Source of the DNA: a virus
Strand: one strand, 5' to 3'
Length of the DNA: 38,746 nt
IMG/VR virus record: IMGVR_UViG_3300045988_141642
The position numbers were made by a program, and so were the translations under genes. A model generated the notes under the pieces. The model ran no database searches and was not told the origin of the DNA. It was given only the letters and a program-made list of their open reading frames with translations. Shown piece by piece: positions 23,073 through 29,442 of the stretch; positions within the stretch are counted from its first letter, which is position 1, and every line of letters starts with the position of its first letter.

Positions 23073-23590
23073 TGTTTCCGTTCCTCCCAAGAAGCCATCA
23101 GCTGCGCCAGCTCCGCTGGCGGCATAGTCTCAATGCCCAGTGCCTTGCAATCCTGCACAACAGCGTCTATGAGCCGAGCCATGCGCTTCGTTCCGTAGCA
23201 ACTGGTGCCGTAATAGAACCGCACCAGCGAGGTGCGCGGGTAGATACCATCGTCCACCTTCTCCGCTGTCCAGCCCAGGCCGTTCCTCCCCCATGATTTC
23301 GTCATGGCCTCAACGGCTGTGTCCGGAAGCTGATACTCCACCGAACGGCCATACTGCCGCACATAGACCCGGTAGATCTCGTCCTTGGTGATCTGCGGGT
23401 CATTCTTGGCCAACTCCGCTTGCAGCTTGCCGATCAAAGCCCACATGTAGGCGTTGGCATCCAGGCTCCGGCGTTTCGGCTTTGGCTTAATCTCCAGCAC
23501 ATAGTCCTTTTGCTCTGCCAGGGAGCCTATGAACGCCCCCACCTTGGCCATAGTGGGAACCAGGTCAGCTTTTTTGAATTCGATTTTCAT
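23069..23590 (-). CDS. ninB: NinB/Orf-family recombination mediator-like protein
   Basis: 173 aa. ...KRRSLDANAYMWALIGKL... and ...YGTSCYGTKRMARLIDAVVQDCKALGIE resemble lambda NinB (...RSLDQNRKLWACLGDV..., ...GQSTSRMRVGEFAELLELIQAFG). Confidence 0.65.
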   Translation of the reverse strand: MKIEFKKADLVPTMAKVGAFIGSLAEQKDYVLEIKPKPKRRSLDANAYMWALIGKLQAELAKNDPQITKDEIYRVYVRQYGRSVEYQLPDTAVEAMTKSWGRNGLGWTAEKVDDGIYPRTSLVRFYYGTSCYGTKRMARLIDAVVQDCKALGIETMPPAELAQLMASWEERKQ

Positions 23591-23591
23591 C

Positions 23592-24221
23592 TTATAGGCC
23601 CAGCTTCATGAAGATCTGATCAGCCTGGTGCCGGGTCAGGTCCTCAATGCGGCTCACTTTGTAATAGGCCAAGGCCTTTTTGACCCGCTCATTTTGTGCG
23701 TTATCTTTCAGCACGGCCACCTGATCCGGGCTGATCTTCTCCGCTGCCTGCTGCCGTGCATGTTCTTTCTTCGCGTCCTGGGGCTGCACCTGCTGGTACT
23801 TCGTCCGATCAGCTGCCCAGTACACATCTGCACCGAACCCTAACATCTTGCAGCACACAGACAGAGCGTCCGTATAAGCCATCTTGTAGCACTCATCGGA
23901 GGTGTACAGGCCTTTACTCTCCTTAGCCACCAACGAGGAACCGCCAATGCCTGGGATAGGGGCGCTCCATGCATCGTTGAACTTCACATAGAGCAGCAGT
24001 TGCACATACACAGTCACTACGCCGTCCGCACCCTGATCTTGCCATGTGCGGCTGACTTCCACCTTCCAACCGATACCACAAGGGCCAAACTGCTCCGTCA
24101 GTGCCTTGATACGCCACATTGGGTTAATATCAGTCATGCCTTTTAAGCGGCCTGCGCTAATGTTCTTCTTGGCGCTGTCCGGAACCTTGCGCACCGCCTC
24201 ATATATTTTCATGTTCTCCAT
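23592..24221 (-). CDS. Rad52/Sak-like single-strand annealing protein
   Basis: ...DINPMWRIKALTEQFGPCGIGW... and ...CYKMAYTDALSVCCKMLGFGADVYW match Rad52-family strings (K-x-A-x-TDAL...G-x-G-x2-LY). The preferred ATG at 24221 has GAGGTGA 6 nt upstream. The track GTG at 24230 is possible. Confidence 0.7.
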   Translation of the reverse strand: MENMKIYEAVRKVPDSAKKNISAGRLKGMTDINPMWRIKALTEQFGPCGIGWKVEVSRTWQDQGADGVVTVYVQLLLYVKFNDAWSAPIPGIGGSSLVAKESKGLYTSDECYKMAYTDALSVCCKMLGFGADVYWAADRTKYQQVQPQDAKKEHARQQAAEKISPDQVAVLKDNAQNERVKKALAYYKVSRIEDLTRHQADQIFMKLGL

Positions 24222-24231
24222 TCCATTCACC

Positions 24232-24711
24232 TCACTTGATCACGCAGCCGGGGGTCTCAATCAGCGCCGCACCGGCTACCGTCTCCCCCGCCAACAGAGC
24301 ATTGCGGATAGACTGCTTGTCCACCTTGGGCGGCTGGGACTGCATGTATTCTGCCGGCACCGCTGCCAGGTTGAACACATCCACCGACTTACTCGTGGTA
24401 GTGGTCAGTACAAACCGTCCGGCCTGCACCTTATCCTGCTGGGTGGCAGCCAGGTACTGTGCCAGGGTCTTCTTCATCCGCTTAATGGCGTTGTCCGCCC
24501 GCCTCTGTTTATCAGCGAAGAAGTCCTTTTCTCGCTTGTAGTCCTCCACATCCGCCGTCAGCTGCCGGATTACCATACCGTAGTCCTCCAGCTTTTCCGG
24601 CACCATCATGCTGTCCAGTGTGTCCTGGACCGTCTGCTCGTCAATCTCTCCGGCTTCCAGCAGCTCCATCAGCTGGGCTGCCTGGCCGGTCAGTTCATAC
24701 AGTGTCGCCAT
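24232..24711 (-). CDS. Siphovirus Gp157-family protein
   Basis: 159 aa. MATLYELTGQAAQLMELLEAGEIDEQTVQDTLDS... and the C-terminal ...PAEYMQSQPPKVDKQSIRNALLAGETVAGAALIE follow the Gp157 family pattern. RBS is AAAGGAG. Confidence 0.85.
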   Translation of the reverse strand: MATLYELTGQAAQLMELLEAGEIDEQTVQDTLDSMMVPEKLEDYGMVIRQLTADVEDYKREKDFFADKQRRADNAIKRMKKTLAQYLAATQQDKVQAGRFVLTTTTSKSVDVFNLAAVPAEYMQSQPPKVDKQSIRNALLAGETVAGAALIETPGCVIK

Positions 24712-24829
24712 ATCGTTCTCCTTTATCTATATTCAGTACAATGCGGGCCTCTGCCCGCACCTCTGGGTCGCAGTCTTGGGGGCAAAAGCCGTAGTCCTGC
24801 ACAAACTTGTCCATCTCTGCGCTGGTCAT
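24695..24829 (-). CDS. Small protein (44 aa), low confidence
   Basis: ATG at 24829 shares one base with the upstream TGA (TGATG) and has GGGGGTGA upstream. The sequence is MTSAEMDKFVQDYGFCPQDCDPEV... The end overlaps the Gp157 start by 17 nt. Confidence 0.45.
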   Translation of the reverse strand: MTSAEMDKFVQDYGFCPQDCDPEVRAEARIVLNIDKGERYGDTV

Positions 24830-25056
24830 CAGATCACCCCCAGGTCGTAGCAGCTGCGAAGCCAGTTTTCGCTGCGCCGCACAATGGTCGCTTCCTTGTT
24901 GCTCTCGTCCAGCAGCTGCTCCAACTTCTCGCAAGCACATTCCCAGCAGTAGCTACCGCTGGGCTCATCGTTGCCCGCACCGATGGAGAAACCATAACCC
25001 TCAATGGTAATGTCGCAGCTGTCACAGGCGATCACGCCCGCCTCCTTGTCATACAT
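24829..25056 (-). CDS. Small Cys-rich protein (75 aa)
   Basis: CDSCD...CWECAC motif. AGGAGGAG lies upstream. The start is at 25056 or 25062. Confidence 0.6.
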   Translation of the reverse strand: MYDKEAGVIACDSCDITIEGYGFSIGAGNDEPSGSYCWECACEKLEQLLDESNKEATIVRRSENWLRSCYDLGVI

Positions 25057-25285
25057 CGGCATTCTCCTCCTGCTTGTCTTCGTCATACACCAGCGGGCGA
25101 ACAAACCCATACGCCTTAGGCAGCGTCAGCAGAGTCTCGCTCACAGGTACAGACACAGCCTCCAACACATCGTATGTACAGCCCTGCACGGCCACTCTGT
25201 AACCGGACTGTATATCGCTGAACCCAGGAGCACGGCACACCTTGCCGTTGGTCATGATCACCAAATCCATATATTCATTACTCAT
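25049..25285 (-). CDS. Hypothetical protein (78 aa)
   Basis: ATG at 25285 overlaps the upstream stop (ATGAGTAA). The sequence is MSNEYMDLVIMTNGKV... Confidence 0.6.
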   Translation of the reverse strand: MSNEYMDLVIMTNGKVCRAPGFSDIQSGYRVAVQGCTYDVLEAVSVPVSETLLTLPKAYGFVRPLVYDEDKQEENADV

Positions 25286-25583
25286 TTTCATCATCCTTTC
25301 CAAGTTGAATTGCGTGCAAATACGCCAATTCAAAATCTGTCAGCGGCGCCAGCAGCACCACTCTATCCTTATCATCTTCAACCACCAGCTGCTTGTCCTG
25401 TCGAAGTTCGTCCTCGTCCTTGGGCAGTACGAACACTGCCAGGGCGATCAATGCGCAGCCGGTTCCGCTGATTGCCACGGACACCCACCAGTACGGATTA
25501 TCCGCCACAAGGCAGCAGCCAAACACCACCAACAGGAAGCCGGTGACCACCAGCACTATTCCTGCCTTTTCTCGTTTCGTCAT
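25278..25583 (-). CDS. Small membrane protein (101 aa, two predicted TM helices)
   Basis: ATG at 25583 has AAGGAGAA upstream. Hydrophobic stretches are GIVLVVTGFLLVVFGCCLV and WWVSVAISGTGCALIALAVFVL, followed by an acidic tail. Confidence 0.7.
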   Translation of the reverse strand: MTKREKAGIVLVVTGFLLVVFGCCLVADNPYWWVSVAISGTGCALIALAVFVLPKDEDELRQDKQLVVEDDKDRVVLLAPLTDFELAYLHAIQLGKDDENE

Positions 25584-25594
25584 TGGTTTTCTCC

Positions 25595-26149
25595 TTAATA
25601 CTCCACCGCTTCTTGGCGGTTGATGAAAAAATGAATGCCATGCGAACACTCGTTCCATCTATCATCATCGAAAGAGTCCGGATACACATTTTCACCGATC
25701 TTATATTCAATCGGTTCATAAGCATGGTTGGTCACATGATCGACTTCAGCCTGGCTACCGTCCATATTCGTGATAGCCACCACCTTGGCATAACTGGATC
25801 TGCACTTTCTCGTGGTTGCTGAACAGCGTTTTGCGTCTTGTGGAATCAAAAGTTCGATAATGTATGAGCCACACTTTTTGAACGCCGTGAAAGAGCCTTT
25901 TTCAGGACACACAAGCGGTATGAAGGGAATGTTTTTGGCTCCACGCAGGTCGGCTCCACGCAGGTTGGCTCCACGCAGGTCGGCTCCACGCAGGTTGACT
26001 CCACGCAGGTCGGCTCCACGCAGGTTGGCTTCACGCAGGTCGGCTCCACGCAGGTTGACTCCACGCAGGTTGGCTCTCTCGCCGCCGTCCTCATCGTTCA
26101 ACCACTTACGGTGGCGTTCCAGTATCTCTTTCAACTTCTCATTATCCAT
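25595..26149 (-). CDS. Pentapeptide-repeat protein with conserved C-terminal GIHFF domain (184 aa)
   Basis: ATG at 26149 has AAAGGAGAA upstream. About ten consecutive [AV][ND]LRG pentapeptides are followed by ...[12 protein letters not shown]...[17 protein letters not shown]. Confidence 0.85.
   Translation of the reverse strand: MDNEKLKEILERHRKWLNDEDGGERANLRGVNLRGADLREANLRGADLRGVNLRGADLRGANLRGADLRGAKNIPFIPLVCPEKGSFTAFKKCGSYIIELLIPQDAKRCSATTRKCRSSYAKVVAITNMDGSQAEVDHVTNHAYEPIEYKIGENVYPDSFDDDRWNECSHGIHFFINRQEAVEY
25937..26071. repeat. Nine near-identical 15-bp tandem repeats (ggctccacgcaggt[ct])
   Basis: Read directly. The units differ at only 1-2 positions and encode the pentapeptide repeats. 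Confidence 0.95.
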
Positions 26150-26192
26150 TGTTATTCTCCTTTGCAGTTGACTGCCGTCTTTTCTCGTCTTG

Positions 26193-26384
26193 TCATATCT
26201 TCGCCAACTCCTTAACCTCATCCGGGTGCTGGGCGTAGTAGTCGCTCATGCTCTCTGTGAGCCGGTGCGCCATCGCCGCCAGCATGCGGCTGTGTTCTTC
26301 TTCCGTCAAGTCCTCCAAGGGCTTAACCTTGCCGTCCACCATAACCATGATCACGGTGGTCAGTTCTTTCTTCATTTCGTTCAC
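26193..26384 (-). CDS. Hypothetical early protein (63 aa)
   Basis: Track ORF. RBS is GAGGTGAACGAA-ATG. Confidence 0.65.
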   Translation of the reverse strand: MNEMKKELTTVIMVMVDGKVKPLEDLTEEEHSRMLAAMAHRLTESMSDYYAQHPDEVKELAKI

Positions 26385-26423
26385 CTCAATTAAAGTTACG
26401 CAAGGCCGGATTGTCCGTATGCC

Positions 26424-26452
26424 TTGACTTTTTCTCTCTCAACGCCTATACT
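26424..26452 (+). promoter_or_regulatory. Near-consensus sigma70-type promoter (TTGACT-17-TATACT)
   Basis: TTGACT at 26424..26429, a 17-nt spacer, then TATACT at 26447..26452. It points rightward, against the early operon. Confidence 0.65.
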
Positions 26453-26458
26453 ATAGGT

Positions 26459-26539
26459 GTTGATAATTGTGTTTACTCATTATATTAAGCTTATCAACTC
26501 CTTTGACCGACTGTGCCCGCAGTCGGTCCTTTTTATTTG
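26459..26539 (+). ncRNA. Candidate ~80-nt antisense sRNA (promoter to intrinsic terminator, no ORF)
   Basis: The predicted start is about 26459. The 5-prime hairpin is GTTGATAA...TTATCAAC (26459..26498). The terminator stem GACCGACTG / CAGTCGGTC (26505..26528) is followed by CTTTTTATTT. No ATG lies in between. It is complementary to the minus-strand early transcript. Confidence 0.55.
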
Positions 26540-26690
26540 CCAGCCCTTAAATCAGCAGCAGACCGCCCGCTGCGATAAATGTGATGTTGGGTGGGGCGGG
26601 CGTGCGGGAAATCAAAAAAGAAAAGAAAGAAAGAGAAATGAAAAAATACATTCCCGCTGCCTGCTGCTTATCTAAAGGCTGGCCGTATAT

Positions 26691-26882
26691 TTAGTTGTTG
26701 CGCTCGGCGATGATCTCGTTGATTGCGCCGAGGATCCGCTCTTTTGCCTGGGGCGGTTTGCGCTTGCCGGTTAAAATCATCGAGATATAGTCAGTTGTAC
26801 ATCCCATTTTGCTCGCCACGGCTTTTTGGGTTATTTTGTTGATGTGCATTGTGCCGACTGCTTCCGCAATCCAACTGTCCAT
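26691..26882 (-). CDS. Cro-like/early HTH regulator (63 aa)
   Basis: It is divergent from the CI-like repressor. RBS is AAAGGAG. The HTH-like segment is ITQKAVASKMGCTTDYISMILTGKRKP. Confidence 0.75.
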   Translation of the reverse strand: MDSWIAEAVGTMHINKITQKAVASKMGCTTDYISMILTGKRKPPQAKERILGAINEIIAERNN

Positions 26883-26939
26883 TTTTTTACTCCTTTCCGC
26901 CGTTTCGTTCTAAAAAACGAACATTTTTTGAATTTGTAG

Positions 26940-26968
26940 TTGTATTTTCCGAACTGTTGTGCTATTAT
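26940..26968 (+). promoter_or_regulatory. Candidate repressor-side promoter (TTGTAT-17-TATTAT with TGc extended -10)
   Basis: TTGTAT at 26940..26945, TGC at 26960..26962 and TATTAT at 26963..26968. It points toward 27152. Confidence 0.45.
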
Positions 26969-26969
26969 G

Positions 26970-26992
26970 AATGTGCAAATCAACAGCACATT
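26970..26992. promoter_or_regulatory. Candidate operator: inverted repeat AATGTGC-N9-GCACATT
   Basis: Perfect 7-bp arms lie at the predicted +1 of the rightward promoter. GTGCAA half-site-like copies are also at 27057..27062 and, inverted, at 27126..27131. Confidence 0.45.
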
Positions 26993-27061
26993 GGACTGAC
27001 AAGAGGTAGCGCTCTCATAGTCCGGCTTGTTTCGTGTTCGGTAAACCTAACTACAAGTGCA

Positions 27062-27090
27062 ATTATAATTCGGTAATATGAATTTGTCAA
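27062..27090 (-). promoter_or_regulatory. Perfect consensus sigma70 promoter for the early (lytic) operon (TTGACA-17-TATAAT)
   Basis: On the minus strand TTGACA is at 27090..27085, followed by a 17-nt spacer and TATAAT at 27067..27062. It points toward the cro-like gene. Confidence 0.7.
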
Positions 27091-27151
27091 CACTAAAAGT
27101 TAGGTTTTATGAACTTTTGTAAACTTTGCACAAAAACAGAGGTATAAAACT

Positions 27152-27505
27152 ATGACTTTTTACGATAGATACCAACAGCTTTGTGTGGAAGCTGGTTCTT
27201 CGGCGACTGGTGTTGCCGTTTCAGTTGGTATATCCCGTGCCTCTGTCAGCGACTGGAAAAACAAAGGGGCTGTGCCATCTGCTTCCAGCTTGAAAAAGAT
27301 CGCTGACTACTTTGGTGTCTCTACCGACTACCTTTTGGGAAATACGGACATAAAAAATCCCCCGGACCAACAAAGTCCGGAGGAGATAGCTAAAGTGGCA
27401 CTATTTGGTGGTGACGGTGAAGTCACCGATGAGATGTGGAACGAAGTTAAAGGATTTGTAGAATTTATCAAAGATAAGAGAAAGAGAGAGAATGACAACA
27501 ACTGA
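27152..27505 (+). CDS. CI-like XRE-family repressor (ImmR-like)
   Basis: 117 aa. The HTH is SATGVAVSVGISRASVSDWKNKGAVPSASSLKKIADYFGVSTDYLLG. It is followed by an overlapping ImmA-like gene. Confidence 0.88.
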   Translation: MTFYDRYQQLCVEAGSSATGVAVSVGISRASVSDWKNKGAVPSASSLKKIADYFGVSTDYLLGNTDIKNPPDQQSPEEIAKVALFGGDGEVTDEMWNEVKGFVEFIKDKRKRENDNN

Positions 27506-27902
27506 GTCCCTGTTCGATGAGATCGAGCGCAATAATATTGAGGTGTATCTGGGCAGTATGCCCGCTGCCAAGTCTGCGTCTGCCAACATTGGAAACGACT
27601 ACTACATAGCGTTGGACGAGCAGAGCTTGGAAAGCACCGCAGAGGCCCGCTGCCGCCTGGCCCACGAAGCCGGGCATTGCATAACCGGGTCGTTTTACAA
27701 CCTATACGCACCGTTTGACCGGCGCAGTAAGCACGAACGCCGGGCAGATAAGTGGGCGGTAAAAAAGTTGATCCCCAAGGCCGAGTTGGAGGCGCAGCTG
27801 CGCCAGGGGCTGGAGCCTTACGAGCTGGCCGAGCATTTCAATGTGACGGAGAACTATATACACAAGGCCATTGAATTCTACTTTGAATGTGGAATTGCAT
27901 AA
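27492..27902 (+). CDS. ImmA/IrrE-family zinc metallopeptidase (anti-repressor protease)
   Basis: 136 aa with an HEXXH motif (LAHEAGHC) and a DUF955-like context. It overlaps the repressor gene by 14 nt. Confidence 0.85.
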   Translation: MTTTESLFDEIERNNIEVYLGSMPAAKSASANIGNDYYIALDEQSLESTAEARCRLAHEAGHCITGSFYNLYAPFDRRSKHERRADKWAVKKLIPKAELEAQLRQGLEPYELAEHFNVTENYIHKAIEFYFECGIA

Positions 27903-27987
27903 CCAACTGAAAATCGAACGGTAAAATTTGTATATACCGCCGCATGGCGATATAAATATTATGTGGAAAAAGAAAGAGAGACAATAC

Positions 27988-29073
27988 ATGAGTTATTCTG
28001 ACGATAACCAGGACATATTCATTCGCACATTAAAGCACACAATGCAAACAAAAGAACCGTTCACGCTGGACGGAGTAGTTACAACTATCGCTATCTTTTC
28101 TATTGACGAAGAGGACAAAAACCGATACAGTTTAATCAACGCCAACGATATATCAAAATGTGATGCCGCTATTGCTGCAACGCTGTTTTTCTTGGTGCAA
28201 AATGATCCGATTATAGTAGCCGAAACTACACCGAGACTAATTTCAGCATTGAGTTACCTTTATCAAGATAGTTTTTCAAAAGAGTACATAGAAGCAATAC
28301 TGGAAAATCGGTTCAAATATCTCCGATCCAATCTGGAAAACTCTTCAGACGAAAATTTAGAAGCAAAAGCTATCTCACTACTTTTCAATATCATATCGCA
28401 AGATATCGTTAACGGCCACTACATTCCTATCACATCAAATCCGCCAGTAGCGCTATTGGGTTTTGATGATGCAGTTGAGCTCAAGATAGAAATAAAGGAC
28501 TACTTAAACTCAGTTTTAGATTATGCTTTCAGATTTACTGAAGAGTCCGAAAAATCATATCAATCATCCAAAAGCAGCTCTATTTCGCACAATCAAAAAG
28601 CTGCAGATCCATACAATGTAGACGATGTAGAAGTGAATATCGTCAAGCCGAAATATGCCACCACGCATACTACAGACCGCAAAACAAAGATTGCATTTAT
28701 TTGCATGGCTATAGCGATTGTCCTTGCCGTCATTTCTGCTGGCGTGGCCATCAGTAAAAACGCAGAATGCAACCAGCTAAAATCAGAAAAAGTTGATATT
28801 CAGCGATCATTGAAAAGTGTCAACGAACAATACGATGAGTTGCTGGCTCACTATAACACAGTTGCCGAAGAGAATGAGCAAGCATTTATCAACAATAATG
28901 AATATGTACTTGAGCTGTCATTTTACCAGCGCTACGCCGTGTGTACAAATGGCGGAAAATATTACCACAAATATTCATGTCCACGGTTTGACGAAAACAA
29001 AACCTTTTGGATATACAACACCGAAGCGGCAGAAAGTGACGGCCTCCGTCCATGCCCTGAATGCATCGGATAA
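27988..29073 (+). CDS. AT-rich single-pass membrane protein (about 361 aa) with C-terminal Cys/His knuckle; function unknown
   Basis: Track ORF 27928..29073, where the ATG at 27988 is the preferred start. The TM helix is IAFICMAIAIVLAVISAGVAI, followed by a coiled coil and a C-terminal ...YYHKYSCPRF...GLRPCPECIG. The gene is visibly lower in GC than its flanks. Confidence 0.75.
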   Translation: MSYSDDNQDIFIRTLKHTMQTKEPFTLDGVVTTIAIFSIDEEDKNRYSLINANDISKCDAAIAATLFFLVQNDPIIVAETTPRLISALSYLYQDSFSKEYIEAILENRFKYLRSNLENSSDENLEAKAISLLFNIISQDIVNGHYIPITSNPPVALLGFDDAVELKIEIKDYLNSVLDYAFRFTEESEKSYQSSKSSSISHNQKAADPYNVDDVEVNIVKPKYATTHTTDRKTKIAFICMAIAIVLAVISAGVAISKNAECNQLKSEKVDIQRSLKSVNEQYDELLAHYNTVAEENEQAFINNNEYVLELSFYQRYAVCTNGGKYYHKYSCPRFDENKTFWIYNTEAAESDGLRPCPECIG

Positions 29074-29159
29074 GAAATCGGACCTACAAAAATCGGCCGG
29101 CAGTACGGCGCAGCTAAGGTGGTGCTTTACGGCATAGAGGACCGGGCGCAAATGACATA

Positions 29160-29203
29160 AAGCAAAGGCCTATCTGAGTTGCCGCTCAGATAGGCCTTTG
29201 CTT
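29160..29203. repeat. Perfect 19-bp inverted repeat with 6-nt loop (strong hairpin)
   Basis: aagcaaaggcctatctgag-ttgccg-ctcagataggcctttgctt. It is not followed by a clean T-run on either strand. Confidence 0.9.
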
Positions 29204-29331
29204 GAAAAGTAAGCTCGGTCAAACCGCCTATACTTTCCCCGTACATTATAAGTATAACGATCGAGGCTTCCTTTTGCAAGCGAATCCGGAATTTGCCCGA
29301 AAAAAATCTTGCTTGAGGAGGTGTTGCGCCT

Positions 29332-29442
29332 ATGAGTAGTTCTCGTAACGAATCTGTAGAGTACATCTACACTGCGTTCATTACGCTCAAGAATGGCAAG
29401 CAGGGCATTCTTGAGCTACAATCTATGGGAGTGGTACAATGA
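29332..29442 (+). CDS. Possible 36-aa upstream ORF translationally coupled to the integrase
   Basis: GAGGAGG lies 10 nt upstream of the ATG at 29332. Its TGA overlaps the integrase ATG (ATGA at 29439..29442). There is no other support. Confidence 0.25.
   Translation: MSSSRNESVEYIYTAFITLKNGKQGILELQSMGVVQ

Noticed and set aside
24046-25119. 357-aa plus-strand ORF
   Set aside because: It is antisense to five tightly coupled early genes (SSAP, Gp157 and small ORFs) and has no RBS. It is a shadow ORF.
25937-26071. Regular 15-bp repeat array as a possible CRISPR or other non-coding array
   Set aside because: The units are contiguous with no spacers and are in frame. They encode canonical A(N/D)LRG pentapeptides within an ORF that has a good RBS. 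This is a coding repeat, not a CRISPR array.
26547-26651. 34-codon hydrophobic minus-strand ORF convergent with the candidate sRNA (type I toxin idea)
   Set aside because: Only a weak, badly spaced SD-like GGGA is present. Much of the hydrophobic sequence is simply the translation of a pyrimidine tract. It is too short to assess. I kept it as a side note under the sRNA finding rather than as a feature.
26457-26675. 72-aa plus-strand ORF in the cro-proximal intergenic region
   Set aside because: It has a non-ATG start and no RBS. It reads straight through a strong intrinsic terminator and a purine tract. The region is better explained as a non-coding RNA unit.
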